Below are positions 32,946 through 43,157 of a DNA stretch of 64,000 nucleotides, piece by piece. The DNA is taken from positions 96,001 through 160,000 of the forward strand of contig CAWJJC010000012.1 of NCBI GenBank assembly GCA_963843145.1, in the 5' to 3' direction. The translations under genes were made by a program, and so were the position numbers. This stretch comes from an uncultured delta proteobacterium (lineage in GTDB: Bacteria; Desulfobacterota; RBG-13-43-22). How positions within the stretch are numbered: the first letter of the stretch is position 1; each line of letters opens with the position of its first letter. The notes beneath the pieces are model-generated. The model made no database searches. It had not been told where the DNA came from and saw only the letters and a list, made by a program, of their open reading frames with translations.

Positions 32946-34367
32946 ATGATTCAAAAAATATCCAAAAAAGAAGCCGAGGCCTTAGGAAAAAAACTGGCCT
33001 ATAAAACCCACCTGGTCTGGGATGCCCTGAAGCCCTCGGAGGAACAAAAGCTTTGGAAACTGGGGGAAGACTATAAAACCTTCCTGGATGCCTCCAAAAC
33101 TGAACGAGAGACTGTTGCGGAAATTTCCCGGCTGTTAAAGAGGGGTGGATTTGATTCGGCCGAGAAGAACCGGGCGGGAAGTCGCGTTTACCAGATTTTT
33201 AAAGACAAGGTCCTGGCCCTGGCCGTTTTAGGAAAAGAACCGCTGACCACCGGATTGCGCCTGATCGCCTCGCATATCGATGCCCCGCGCCTGGACTTGA
33301 AGCAGCGCCCCCTCTATGAAGACGTGGACCTGGCTTTTTTCAAAACCCATTACTATGGGGGAATCAAGAAATATCAGTGGCTGGCCCGCCCGCTGGCTTT
33401 GCACGGGACGGTGATGAAAAGCAACGGAGAGAAGATTAACCTGGTCATCGGCGAAAAACCGGATGATCCGGTCTTCACCGTTTCCGACCTGTTGCCTCAT
33501 CTGGCCAAGAAGGTTCAGATGGATAAAAAGCTTTCCGAGGCCATAGAGGGAGAAAAATTGAATATCCTTCTCGGAAGCCTGCCCTTAGGACCCCCAGAGG
33601 GTAAGGACCGTTTCCGGCTGGCCGTCTTGAATATTCTTTACGACCGTTTTGGGATCGTGGAAGAAGACCTGACCAGTGCTGAATTAGAGGTGGTCCCGGC
33701 GGAATCGGCCAGGGATGTGGGTCTTGATCGGGGGATTGTCGGCGCCTATGGGCAGGACGATCGCGTCAGCGCTTTTTGCAGTCTCCAGGCCGGCCTGGAG
33801 GTTTCGCCGGCCAAGAAAAATATTCTTTTGCTTTTCTTCGACAAGGAAGAAATCGGCAGCGAAGGCAATACCAGCGCCCGGTCCCAGCTTATAGAGTTCT
33901 CTTTGGAACGGCTGTTTAGTTTAAAAAAAGAACCCTTTTCGCGGAAGATCCTGGTTCGCACTCTGGCCGAAACCAAGGCGCTGTCGGCCGACGTGGCCGG
34001 CGCCCTGGATCCCGATTATCAGGAGGTTCACGAAAAGCGGAATGCCCCCCGAATGGGGTATGGTCTCTGCCTGACCAAATTCACCGGGTCCGGGGGGAAA
34101 TACGGTTCCAGCGATGCCAATTCCGAGTACCTGTTTTGGGTGAGAAGCCTTTTCAATCGCCAGGAAGTGATCTGGCAGACGGGGGAACTAGGCAAAGTGG
34201 ATGAGGGCGGGGGCGGAACCATTGCCAAATTTTTAGCCGCCTTGGGGATGGATGTCCTGGACTGCGGGACACCGGTCCTTTCCATGCATTCCCCCTTTGA
34301 GCTGGTCAGCAAAGCGGACCTGTTTATGACCTACAAGGGATACCGAGCCTTTTTGACCGCACCTTAA
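32946..34367 (+). CDS. M18 family aminopeptidase
   Basis: HIDAPRLD, YYGGIKKYQW, DKEEIGS, SMHSP. Confidence 0.93.
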   Translation: MIQKISKKEAEALGKKLAYKTHLVWDALKPSEEQKLWKLGEDYKTFLDASKTERETVAEISRLLKRGGFDSAEKNRAGSRVYQIFKDKVLALAVLGKEPLTTGLRLIASHIDAPRLDLKQRPLYEDVDLAFFKTHYYGGIKKYQWLARPLALHGTVMKSNGEKINLVIGEKPDDPVFTVSDLLPHLAKKVQMDKKLSEAIEGEKLNILLGSLPLGPPEGKDRFRLAVLNILYDRFGIVEEDLTSAELEVVPAESARDVGLDRGIVGAYGQDDRVSAFCSLQAGLEVSPAKKNILLLFFDKEEIGSEGNTSARSQLIEFSLERLFSLKKEPFSRKILVRTLAETKALSADVAGALDPDYQEVHEKRNAPRMGYGLCLTKFTGSGGKYGSSDANSEYLFWVRSLFNRQEVIWQTGELGKVDEGGGGTIAKFLAALGMDVLDCGTPVLSMHSPFELVSKADLFMTYKGYRAFLTAP

Positions 34368-34374
34368 GAACTAC

Positions 34375-34569
34375 AAATTCGAAATCCGAAGCACGAAATC
34401 CGAAACAAATTCAAATGACCCAAATTCGAAATTCAAAACACCTCAACCCTTGAACAGGGGAAGATTCGGGAATCACCCACCTCCCGTCGAGGGAGGTGGA
34501 GACGTTTCGGTCATTTGGATTTTGAATATTCGGGTTTGTTTCGAATTTCGTGCTTCGGATTTCGAATTT
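34375..34569. repeat. Long inverted-repeat element built of 7-nt units, between convergent genes
   Basis: The left arm AAATTCGAAATCCGAAGCACGAAATCCGAAACAAA is complementary to the right arm (1 mismatch in 35 nt); internal CCACCTCCC..GGGAGGTGG hairpin. Confidence 0.85.
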
Positions 34570-34573
34570 TCAG

Positions 34574-35947
34574 TTAAAAAAGGGCCGCCAGACACTCTTG
34601 AAGAGAAGATACGCCGATTAACCCCATGACCGTCTGCCCGGGAAGTTGATCTCTGTTATTCTTGGGCAGGAGACAGCGGGTAAACCCCAGCTTTTCCGCT
34701 TCCTTAACCCGGACAGGGGCCTGGCTTACGGCCCGAATCTCACCGGTCAGGCCCACTTCTCCGAAGATAATGGTACTGGAAGGAATCGGGCGATCCAGGA
34801 AACTGGAAGCCAGAGAGGCGGCGATCCCCAGGTCCACCGCCGGTTCATCGATCCGCACCCCTCCGGCTACGTTGACAAAAATATCCAGACCCAGAATATT
34901 CAAACCCACCTTTTTTTCCAGGACCGCTAACAGTAAGGATACCCGATTGGGGTCCACCCCCATGGCTGTCCGGCGGGGAACCCCGAAATTGGATTGACTG
35001 ACCAGGGCCTGCAATTCCACCAGAATAGGCCGGGTCCCCTCCAGGCTGGGCACCACCACCGATCCGGAAACGTTCAAGGGCCGCTCGGACAGGAATAGGG
35101 AGGAAGGATCCATGATTTCTTCCAGACCGGTATCCTTCATCTCAAACACCCCGATTTCATTGGTCGAACCAAAACGGTTTTTGACCGCCCGCAGGATCCG
35201 GTAGGCATGACCCCGTTCGCCTTCAAAGTAGAGGACGGTATCCACCATATGTTCCAGGACCCGGGGACCGGCCAAGATCCCCTCCTTAGTTACATGACCG
35301 ACGATAAACAGGGAGCTGACCGTTTTCTTGGACCAGAGGCTCAAACGGCCGGCCACTTCCCTGACCTGGGAGACGCTACCGGGGGCGGAGGCCAGGTCCC
35401 CGGAATAGATGGTTTGGACGGAATCGATTACCAAAAACCGGGGTTTAAGTTCCTGCAGGGTACGAAAAATCTTTTCCAGCGAGGTTTCGGCCAGGACATA
35501 AACCGGTCCTTCAGTCACCCCTAAGCGTTCTCCCCGCATCTTGACCTGGCGGGCGGATTCTTCCCCGGAAATATACAGAGCCGTTCCGCCTTCCCGGACC
35601 AGGGCGTGCAGGGCCTGGAGCACCAGGGTGGATTTGCCGATCCCCGGATCGCCGCCGATCAATATGACCGACCCGGGCACTACCCCGCCGCCCAGGACCC
35701 GGTCCAGTTCTTGAATCCCGGTGAGGAAGCGTTCCTCGCTTTGGCCGGAGATGTCCTTTAACAACCGGGGGGCTTCATCGGGAAAAGAGAAATCTCCACC
35801 CAAGACAGCGGCCGTTTTGGGGTTGACCCGGACCTCTTCCACCAGCGTGTTCCAGTTTCCGCAGTCCGGGCAGCGTCCCAGCCATTTCGGGCTCTGCGAA
35901 CCGCAGGACTGGCAAATAAAAACGGTTTTTTCATTTTTTCCGGGCAT
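34574..35947 (-). CDS. radA: DNA repair protein RadA/Sms
   Basis: C4 zinc finger, GDPGIGKS, KNRFG, Lon-like C-terminus. Confidence 0.97.
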   Translation of the reverse strand: MPGKNEKTVFICQSCGSQSPKWLGRCPDCGNWNTLVEEVRVNPKTAAVLGGDFSFPDEAPRLLKDISGQSEERFLTGIQELDRVLGGGVVPGSVILIGGDPGIGKSTLVLQALHALVREGGTALYISGEESARQVKMRGERLGVTEGPVYVLAETSLEKIFRTLQELKPRFLVIDSVQTIYSGDLASAPGSVSQVREVAGRLSLWSKKTVSSLFIVGHVTKEGILAGPRVLEHMVDTVLYFEGERGHAYRILRAVKNRFGSTNEIGVFEMKDTGLEEIMDPSSLFLSERPLNVSGSVVVPSLEGTRPILVELQALVSQSNFGVPRRTAMGVDPNRVSLLLAVLEKKVGLNILGLDIFVNVAGGVRIDEPAVDLGIAASLASSFLDRPIPSSTIIFGEVGLTGEIRAVSQAPVRVKEAEKLGFTRCLLPKNNRDQLPGQTVMGLIGVSSLQECLAALF

Positions 35948-36094
35948 AGGCGACCTGAAAGGAAAGGGGGCCATCTTCTTACGCCCCCGGTTTATTAATG
36001 GGTAGTTCCCCCGTATAGTATAATGGCTGATGTCTTTTAGGAAGAAAAAATTTAGTTGACAGATAATAAAAAACATTTAAAATAATAAGGTTTA

Positions 36095-36170
36095 GCGGGC
36101 ATAGCTCAGCTGGTAGAGTACAAGCTTCCCAAGCTTGGTGTCGCGGGTTCGAATCCCGTTGCCCGCTCCA
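36095..36170 (+). tRNA. tRNA-Gly (CCC)
   Basis: GCGGGCA acceptor stem, CAAGC-TTCCCAA-GCTTG anticodon arm, GGTTCGAATCC T-arm, CCA end. Confidence 0.97.
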
Positions 36171-36312
36171 ACGCTTAACGGAGCCAGGTAGTTCCCTTTT
36201 TGAGGTGGGCCTTAGGTTCGGTCGGATGAAAGGCCATTACTTCGAATAGCGGATTATTGATAGTTTCAGAAACATTAGTCCAAGAAAGTATCAATTTTAT
36301 TTCTGCTGTGCG

Positions 36313-36337
36313 AAGTGGGCTCCGGCCCACTTTTTTT
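36313..36337 (+). promoter_or_regulatory. rimP leader terminator/attenuator hairpin
   Basis: AAGTGGGC-tccg-GCCCACTT followed by a T-run, just upstream of rimP. Confidence 0.75.
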
Positions 36338-36361
36338 GTGTCCAAGGGGAGATAGAGGAAA

Positions 36362-36832
36362 ATGGGCCAGTTGCCGGAAGAGGCCTTCAATAAAATCAAA
36401 ACGCTGGCCGAATCCCTCCTCCAGGAAGAAAAAATGGAATTGGCGGATATGGAATTGCTCAGGGAGGGCCGGGGATGGGTGCTCCGCCTGTTCATAGATA
36501 AAACCGGTGGGATCACCCTGGACGATTGCGCTTCTGTCAGTCGACAGCTCGGGGACCTGTTGGAGGTGGAGGACCTTATCCCCTTTCGCTATACCCTGGA
36601 GGTCTCTTCCCCGGGTTTGGACCGGCCCCTTAAAAAGGACCAGGACTTCTTGCGCCAGATCGGCAACCCGATCCAGGTCATAACTCGGAGTCCCTGGGAA
36701 GGACGGAGTTTCTTTAAGGGGAAGATGTTGGATTATCAGGTGTCCGGCACTCTTTCGCTGGCTGATGAGAAAAAAGTCTGGGAGATCCCGGTTTCCCTCA
36801 TTGCTAAAGCCCGTTTGGTGTTCGAGGGCTGA
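36362..36832 (+). CDS. rimP: Ribosome maturation factor RimP
   Basis: LRLFID..ITLDDC, YTLEVSSPGLDRPL. Confidence 0.96.
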   Translation: MGQLPEEAFNKIKTLAESLLQEEKMELADMELLREGRGWVLRLFIDKTGGITLDDCASVSRQLGDLLEVEDLIPFRYTLEVSSPGLDRPLKKDQDFLRQIGNPIQVITRSPWEGRSFFKGKMLDYQVSGTLSLADEKKVWEIPVSLIAKARLVFEG

Positions 36833-36851
36833 TTTTTAAGGAGAAAATACT

Positions 36852-38273
36852 ATGGGCCTGATTCAACGAAAAGAAAAGGATATGACCGGCGGGATTTCTC
36901 TGGATCTTAAACGCGTCATTGACCAGGTCAGCCGTGATCGGGGCATAGATAAACAGATACTCATTTCCACCTTGGTCGAAGCGATTCGCCAGGCCGCCAA
37001 AAAAAAATTAGGACTTAAACAGGAAATCGAGGTTACTTACAACGAAGAATTAGGCGAGGTCGAAGTCTTTGAATTTAAAGAGGTAGTGGAAAAAGTCAAA
37101 GATCCCCAGACGCAGATTACCATGGAAGAGGGCCGCAGTCTGGACCCGGAATGCGAACTGGGAGACAGCTTGGGCATTAAGATGGAGACCAGTTCTTTCG
37201 GACGGATTGCCGCCCAGTCGGCCAAACAGGTTATCATCCAGCGGATGAAAGACGCCGAACGGGATATTATATTTGAAGATTTTAGAGACCGCCGGGGAGA
37301 AGTGATTAACGGCATCATCCAGCGCTTTGACAAAGGAGCGGCGATTATCAACCTGGGGCGAACCGAAGCTATACTCCCGGTGACCGAACAAATTCCCACG
37401 GAGACCTACAAACAGGGGGATCGCTTAAGGGCCTATGTGCTGGAAATAAAAAAGATCAGTAAAGGGCCGCAAATCATCCTTTCCCGCACCCATCCCCAAT
37501 TTGTGGCGGCTTTGTTTGAAATGGAAGTCCCGGAAGTATCGGAGAAGATCGTTCGGATTATTAATGTGGTCCGGGAACCGGGCGGCCGGACCAAGATTGC
37601 CGTGGCTTCGGATGATAGACAGGTGGATCCGGTAGGGGCCTGCGTGGGCATGAAAGGCAATCGAGTTCAAAACGTCGTTCAGGAATTGCGGGGAGAAAAG
37701 ATCGATATTATCCCCTGGAACCCGGACCAGGCCAAATATATCTGCAGTGCTTTAGCCCCGGCCGAAGTCGTCCGGGTGATCATCGACGAAATAAGCCGTT
37801 CCATGGAAGTGGTCGTGCCCGATGACCAATTGTCCCTGGCCATCGGCAAACGAGGGCAGAATGTTCGCCTGGCCTCCCGATTAACCGGATGGAAAATCGA
37901 TGTGAAAAGCGAATCCAAGTACGACAAGTCCATTAAGGATGGATACCAGTCCCTGCTGCAGATTGCCGGTGTGGGGGAAGTGACGGCCGATGTCCTTTAC
38001 AAAAAAGGCTTCCAATCCGCTCAAGAGGTGGCCGAAGCCTCGCTAGAGGAACTCATCGAGGTCCCCGGCTTGAGCCAGAAAAAGGCCGAAAAGCTTTTGG
38101 AGTCGGCCGCCTCCTACGTCCAGCTCGAGCGTCAAAAAGACGCCCTGGATAAACAAAATCAAGCCCTGGAAGAGGAAAGGGTCGCTACCGAAGCGGCGGC
38201 TACCGACTTGGCTCAAGAGCCGCCCGAAGTGCCGGAAGAGCCGAAGGCCGATGAACCGGAGGAACAGAAATAA
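36852..38273 (+). CDS. nusA: Transcription factor NusA
   Basis: FGRIAAQSAKQ, DPVGACVG, AIGKRGQNVRLA. Confidence 0.97.
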   Translation: MGLIQRKEKDMTGGISLDLKRVIDQVSRDRGIDKQILISTLVEAIRQAAKKKLGLKQEIEVTYNEELGEVEVFEFKEVVEKVKDPQTQITMEEGRSLDPECELGDSLGIKMETSSFGRIAAQSAKQVIIQRMKDAERDIIFEDFRDRRGEVINGIIQRFDKGAAIINLGRTEAILPVTEQIPTETYKQGDRLRAYVLEIKKISKGPQIILSRTHPQFVAALFEMEVPEVSEKIVRIINVVREPGGRTKIAVASDDRQVDPVGACVGMKGNRVQNVVQELRGEKIDIIPWNPDQAKYICSALAPAEVVRVIIDEISRSMEVVVPDDQLSLAIGKRGQNVRLASRLTGWKIDVKSESKYDKSIKDGYQSLLQIAGVGEVTADVLYKKGFQSAQEVAEASLEELIEVPGLSQKKAEKLLESAASYVQLERQKDALDKQNQALEEERVATEAAATDLAQEPPEVPEEPKADEPEEQK

Positions 38274-38567
38274 ATGGCGGCGGCTATTCGGGAAAGAACC
38301 TGCCGGGCCTGTCGACAAAAAAGGGAAAAAAGCGCCTTCCTTCGTTTGGTGATCCATAAGGATTCCGTGCTGGAAGCGGATCCTGAACAGGTCCTGCCGG
38401 GCAGAGGCTGGTATCTTTGCCTCCAAAAAGATTGTTTATCGATTATCGACAACCCCAAACAATGTCGCCGAGCCTTCGGTCCCTTTAGGCAGGTAGGTCC
38501 GGTTCTCTGCGAATATATTAAGAATCCGCTGGTAGGGGGTACCCATGACCAAAATGCGCGTGTATGA
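38274..38567 (+). CDS. ylxR: YlxR/DUF448 family protein
   Basis: RTCRACR and GRGWYLC motifs; located between nusA and infB. Confidence 0.85.
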   Translation: MAAAIRERTCRACRQKREKSAFLRLVIHKDSVLEADPEQVLPGRGWYLCLQKDCLSIIDNPKQCRRAFGPFRQVGPVLCEYIKNPLVGGTHDQNARV

Positions 38568-41112
38568 GTTAGCTAAAGAATTGGAGATGGAAAATAAGGT
38601 CCTGGTGGACGCCATACGGGAGATGAGTATCGAGGTGAAAAGCCATTCTTCATCGCTCTCCGACGAGGAAGTGGCGTTAATTAAGGGCCATCTTAGCGGG
38701 ACCAAATCTTTGGTAGTGGAGGAACAACGGATCAAATCCACAGTCATTCGCCGCAGAAGAAAAGTCGTGGAGGTGGCACCGGAGCCGGAGGTGGAAATTC
38801 CGGCTATCGAATCCCCTCCCCAGCCGGAGCTGGAAGCACCTCCGGCGCCAGAGCCACCCCCTCCCGGCAAACCGTTGCTGGAGACACCAGGGGAACGGGA
38901 AATGGAGGGTGCCCCATCCACACTCCCGGAAAAACAACCCTTGAAAGAAGAGTTGGATCGAACGGCTAAACCGGCCCCGGAGGTTCTCCCTAAACCGGTC
39001 AGGCCACCCAAGCCACCTAAAATGACTCCGGCCAAAGTGATTCGAGCGGCTGAGCCGGTCGCCCCCCCAGCTCCAGCTCCAGCTCCAGCGTCGACGCCGG
39101 TTAAGAGGATTGAAGAAAAGAAGGAGGAAGAGACTCCCAAAAAAGAAAAAGTTCCCATCAAAAAGGGCTTAAAAACCACTCGGGTGTCGACGGAAACGGA
39201 AACTGCGAAGTCCAAGGTATTCAAAAAACGAAAAGAAATCCTGGAACGCGCGGCGCTCTACGATGATTCCGCCCGGGAAGGTCGTCCCGGCAAGGGGATG
39301 AGAAGCGGTAAATCGGCGGCCAAAAAGTATAAAAAGACCGAAATCACCACGCCGAAGGCCAGCAAACGCCGTCTCAAAATTTCCGAGGCTATCACGGTAG
39401 CCGAATTGGCCAAGCGGTTGGGCGTGAAAAGCGGTGAGTTAATGAAAAAACTCATCGCCTTGGGTCTGATGGTGACCTTGAATCAAGCCATTGATTATGA
39501 AGCCGCCGCCTTGGTGGCCGCCGAATTCGGGTATGAAGCCGAAAAGGTTTCTTTCGAGGAGGAGCAAGCTGTCCGCTTGCATACCGATCAACCGGAAGAA
39601 CTAAAGCCGCGACCTCCGGTGGTCACCATTATGGGTCATGTGGATCACGGGAAAACCTCTCTTCTGGACTTGATTCGAAAAACCAATATCACCCAGGGGG
39701 AAGTCGGCGGGATCACCCAGCATATCGGAGCGTATCACGTCAAGCTGGATCGAGGGGAGATCGTTTTTTTGGATACCCCGGGCCATGAGGCCTTTACCGC
39801 TATGCGGGCCCGGGGGGCCCAGATTACCGATATCGTGGTGTTAATCGTGGCGGCCGACGACGGGGTCATGCAGCAGACCAAAGAGGCCATCGATCATGCC
39901 CGCGCGGCGGGAGTGCCGATTATTGTAGCCATCAACAAGATCGATAAGCCCAACGCTAACACGGAACGGGTCAAAAGGCAGTTGGCCGAATATGGACTGG
40001 CGCCGGAAGACTGGGGAGGGGAAACGATTGTGGCCGAAGTCTCGGCCAAAAGCGGCCAGGGGGTGGACCATCTTCTGGAAATGATCCTGTTGCAGGCCGA
40101 AGTCTTGGAATTAAAAGCCAATCCCAAAAAACCGGCCCAGGGGCGGGTGGTGGAAGCCCGGTTGGATAAAGGGCGGGGGCCGGTGGCTACGGTCCTCATT
40201 CAGGGAGGGACCCTCAAGGCCGGAGATCCGTTTATCTGCGGCATTCATTTTGGGAAAGTACGGGCCCTCTACAATGATTGGGGGCAAAAAGTGGATCAAG
40301 CCCTCCCCTCCAGTCCGGTGGAGGTCCACGGTTTCAGTGGGGTACCCAATGCCGGAGAGGAGTTTCAGGTCAGTGAAGACGAGCGGATGGCCAAGCAGGT
40401 CAGCCTGTACCGGGTGCAGAAAAAAAGGGAGGCCGAACTCTCCAAGACCAGCAAGCTCACCCTGGAAAAATTGTACGAACAAATACAAGAAGGCCAGGTC
40501 AAAGAGCTGACGCTGATTCTGAAGGCCGACGTCCAGGGATCCCTCGAAGCCATCAGTGAGGCCCTGAACAAATTAAGCACTGCGGCGGTAAAGGTCGTTA
40601 CCCTTCACAGTTCCACCGGGGCCATCACCGAAACCGATATCATGCTGGCCTCAGCTTCCAAGGCCATCATCATCGGTTTCAACGTTCGCCCCAATCCCAA
40701 GGCCCAGGAATTGGCGGAACAGGAACAGGTGGACGTCCGTTTTTACGATATTATTTACAATTTGGTTTCGGAAGTGAAAGACGCTATGACCGGCATGCTG
40801 GACCCCATCCATAAAGTGGTGGTCAACGGTCACGCCGAAGTCCGTGAGTTGTTTCACGTTCCTAAGGTGGGCACCGTGGCCGGGTGCGGCGTCACGGATG
40901 GTAAGATCGACCGCAATGCCAAGGCCCGCCTCCTCCGGGACAACGTGGTGATCTTTGACGGCCGCCTTTCCTCCCTGCGGCGTTTCAAGGACGATGCCCG
41001 GGAAGTCTTGGCCGGTTTTGAATGCGGCCTCAGCCTGGAAGGGTATAACGATATTAAAGTCGGAGATACGATTGAGTCGTACTACCTGGAGGAGGTCAAG
41101 GCCACGCTGTAA
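38545..41112 (+). CDS. infB: Translation initiation factor IF-2
   Basis: [20 protein letters not shown]. Confidence 0.98.
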   Translation: MTKMRVYELAKELEMENKVLVDAIREMSIEVKSHSSSLSDEEVALIKGHLSGTKSLVVEEQRIKSTVIRRRRKVVEVAPEPEVEIPAIESPPQPELEAPPAPEPPPPGKPLLETPGEREMEGAPSTLPEKQPLKEELDRTAKPAPEVLPKPVRPPKPPKMTPAKVIRAAEPVAPPAPAPAPASTPVKRIEEKKEEETPKKEKVPIKKGLKTTRVSTETETAKSKVFKKRKEILERAALYDDSAREGRPGKGMRSGKSAAKKYKKTEITTPKASKRRLKISEAITVAELAKRLGVKSGELMKKLIALGLMVTLNQAIDYEAAALVAAEFGYEAEKVSFEEEQAVRLHTDQPEELKPRPPVVTIMGHVDHGKTSLLDLIRKTNITQGEVGGITQHIGAYHVKLDRGEIVFLDTPGHEAFTAMRARGAQITDIVVLIVAADDGVMQQTKEAIDHARAAGVPIIVAINKIDKPNANTERVKRQLAEYGLAPEDWGGETIVAEVSAKSGQGVDHLLEMILLQAEVLELKANPKKPAQGRVVEARLDKGRGPVATVLIQGGTLKAGDPFICGIHFGKVRALYNDWGQKVDQALPSSPVEVHGFSGVPNAGEEFQVSEDERMAKQVSLYRVQKKREAELSKTSKLTLEKLYEQIQEGQVKELTLILKADVQGSLEAISEALNKLSTAAVKVVTLHSSTGAITETDIMLASASKAIIIGFNVRPNPKAQELAEQEQVDVRFYDIIYNLVSEVKDAMTGMLDPIHKVVVNGHAEVRELFHVPKVGTVAGCGVTDGKIDRNAKARLLRDNVVIFDGRLSSLRRFKDDAREVLAGFECGLSLEGYNDIKVGDTIESYYLEEVKATL

Positions 41113-41175
41113 GGGCCCATTTTTGGATTCAAGGGTCTAAAAACCCGAACGTTGCTTTTCAGAGACTGAAAAACG

Positions 41176-41463
41176 ATGGTTATTGGCGTCCTGGAAATAG
41201 TCCTTTGGCTGCCTGAGTCCCATTCCCTGAAGGCCAAGCGTCAGGTCATCAAGAGTCTCAAGGATAAAGTAAGAAACCGGTTTAATGTCTCCATCGCCGA
41301 AGTGGGCGATCAGGAGTTGTGGCAAAAAGCCCATTTGGGAATCTGCAGTCTCAGTAACGATCGCCGGGAGGTCAATGCCCGTTTAGATCAGGTAGTCAAT
41401 TTCGTAGAGCGGCTGCAGGTGGCCGTGGACCTGGAGTTTCGCCTGGAAATGATCGATTATTAA
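41176..41463 (+). CDS. DUF503 (YlxP) protein
   Basis: SLKAKR..FNVSIAEV..WQ. Confidence 0.9.
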   Translation: MVIGVLEIVLWLPESHSLKAKRQVIKSLKDKVRNRFNVSIAEVGDQELWQKAHLGICSLSNDRREVNARLDQVVNFVERLQVAVDLEFRLEMIDY

Positions 41464-41487
41464 ATTAGGACGGACTGGCCAATTAGG

Positions 41488-41859
41488 ATGATAAAAACCA
41501 ACGTCGGCCGACCCAAACGAACCGGACAGGTTGGAGGGCTGATCCAGAAAGAAATTTCCGATCTGCTCCTGCGCAAAGTCAAAGACCCTCGCCTGGAGAT
41601 GGTGACCATTACCGGCGTGGAGGTCTCTCCGGACCTGAAGCTGGCCCGGGTTTTTTTCAGCCGCCTGGGAAATCCCGAGGAAATCCAGAATACCTGGCAA
41701 GGATTGAAAAAGGCCTCGGGTTTCATTAAACGGGAATTGGGCGCTCGATTGCACTTACGGCATGTGCCGGAGGTGGAATTTTTTCACGATACTTCTTTTG
41801 AATACGGCGACCGGATCGAAGGACTGTTGCGGGGCCTTAAAAAAGATCAGGAAGAATAG
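41488..41859 (+). CDS. rbfA: Ribosome-binding factor A
   Basis: KDPRL..VSPDL..A, LRHVPE. Confidence 0.95.
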   Translation: MIKTNVGRPKRTGQVGGLIQKEISDLLLRKVKDPRLEMVTITGVEVSPDLKLARVFFSRLGNPEEIQNTWQGLKKASGFIKRELGARLHLRHVPEVEFFHDTSFEYGDRIEGLLRGLKKDQEE

Positions 41860-41868
41860 CCCCAGACC

Positions 41869-42822
41869 ATGCTGAAAAAAGAAGCCCCAGCGGATCTCCA
41901 TTCTCCTAGACCCTCCCCCTGGGAAGGTGTTTGGGTAATCGACAAACCGCCGGGACGCACCTCCCATCAGGTTTTGCAGAAAATCCGGGCACTTTCCCGG
42001 CACCGCAAAATGGGGCATATCGGCACCCTGGACCCTTTAGCCACCGGGGTGTTGCCGGTCTGTGTGGGGTGGGCTACCAAGCTGATCCCTTTTATTTCCG
42101 TATCCCCCAAGGTTTACCGGGCCCAGATGGTCCTGGGCCGGTCTACGGACACGCAGGACGTTTCGGGGCAGGTACTCCAAGTGTCCCTTGAACCGCTCCC
42201 CCGGCCCGAGGCTATTGTGAAAGCCTGCCAATCCTTTGTCGGGACCCAACGGCAGATCCCCCCGGTATATTCGGCCCTTAAGTTTCAAGGCCAACCCCTT
42301 TACCGCTGGGCCCGGAAAGGAAAACCGATAGTCAAACCATCCCGGGAGATTACCGTTGAATCGATCCGGATTTTGGAAATCGGGGGGGGGGTAGTTGATT
42401 TCGAAGTGACCTGTTCCTCGGGCACCTATATTCGAACCCTGTGCGCGGATATAGGCACACAGCTCGGTTGCGGGGCTTATTTAAATACGCTGCAGCGCAC
42501 CCGAAGCGGGCCCTTTACCCTGGAACAAGCCGTCCCCTGGGAAATTCTGGAGCAAGCGGCCTTTCAGGGGGGGCAGGAAGCCTGGAGGCTGCCCTTGGAT
42601 TTTATCCTGGGGCAATACCCCCAAGTTAAGGTTGAGGAAGCCTGGAAACAAAAAATAAGGCAGGGTTGTTGGATCGAACCCGAGGAGGCCCTTTCCGAGT
42701 GGCCGGCAGTTCAACCCGGTGAACCCGTTTGTGTGATCAGTCCGGGAAACCATTTACTGGCGATTTATCACCTCCCCGGGGATTTGAAAAGAGAACTCAA
42801 ACCCCTGCGGGTTTTGATTTAA
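41869..42822 (+). CDS. truB: tRNA pseudouridine(55) synthase
   Basis: DKPPG.TS, GHIGTLDPLATG, GTYIRTL. Confidence 0.95.
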   Translation: MLKKEAPADLHSPRPSPWEGVWVIDKPPGRTSHQVLQKIRALSRHRKMGHIGTLDPLATGVLPVCVGWATKLIPFISVSPKVYRAQMVLGRSTDTQDVSGQVLQVSLEPLPRPEAIVKACQSFVGTQRQIPPVYSALKFQGQPLYRWARKGKPIVKPSREITVESIRILEIGGGVVDFEVTCSSGTYIRTLCADIGTQLGCGAYLNTLQRTRSGPFTLEQAVPWEILEQAAFQGGQEAWRLPLDFILGQYPQVKVEEAWKQKIRQGCWIEPEEALSEWPAVQPGEPVCVISPGNHLLAIYHLPGDLKRELKPLRVLI

Positions 42823-42851
42823 TTTATTAACTTAAACGAAGGAGGTCTAAA

Positions 42852-43121
42852 GTGGGATTAACCTTAGATCAGAAGAAAGAAGTTTTAGGTAAGTTTAGTG
42901 TCCATCCAACCGACACGGGATCCCCTGAAGTCCAGATTGCCCTGTTGAGCGAGCGAATTAAATACCTGACGGAACATTTCAAGACCCATGCCAAGGACCA
43001 TCATTCCCGACGGGGACTGCTGAAGTTGGTCGGTCAGCGAAAGCGATTACTGGGTTACCTCAAGAAAAAGGATGCTCAGCGGTATCGTAACCTTATTCAG
43101 GAACTGGGGATTCGTAAATAA
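42852..43121 (+). CDS. rpsO: 30S ribosomal protein S15
   Basis: [19 protein letters not shown]. Confidence 0.98.
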   Translation: MGLTLDQKKEVLGKFSVHPTDTGSPEVQIALLSERIKYLTEHFKTHAKDHHSRRGLLKLVGQRKRLLGYLKKKDAQRYRNLIQELGIRK

Positions 43122-43157
43122 ACCCCCTGGGTTCCCAATGAAAAGGAGTATGTTTGA

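Noticed and set aside
36095-36360. tRNA-Gly as an island integration site
   Set aside because: No duplicated tRNA 3' end or integrase was seen, and rimP follows directly.
39066-39090. (CCAGCT)n repeat in infB and (AACGGC)4 at ~32283 as phase-variation tracts
   Set aside because: Hexamer units keep the frame and encode low-complexity linkers (PAPAPA, NGNGNG).
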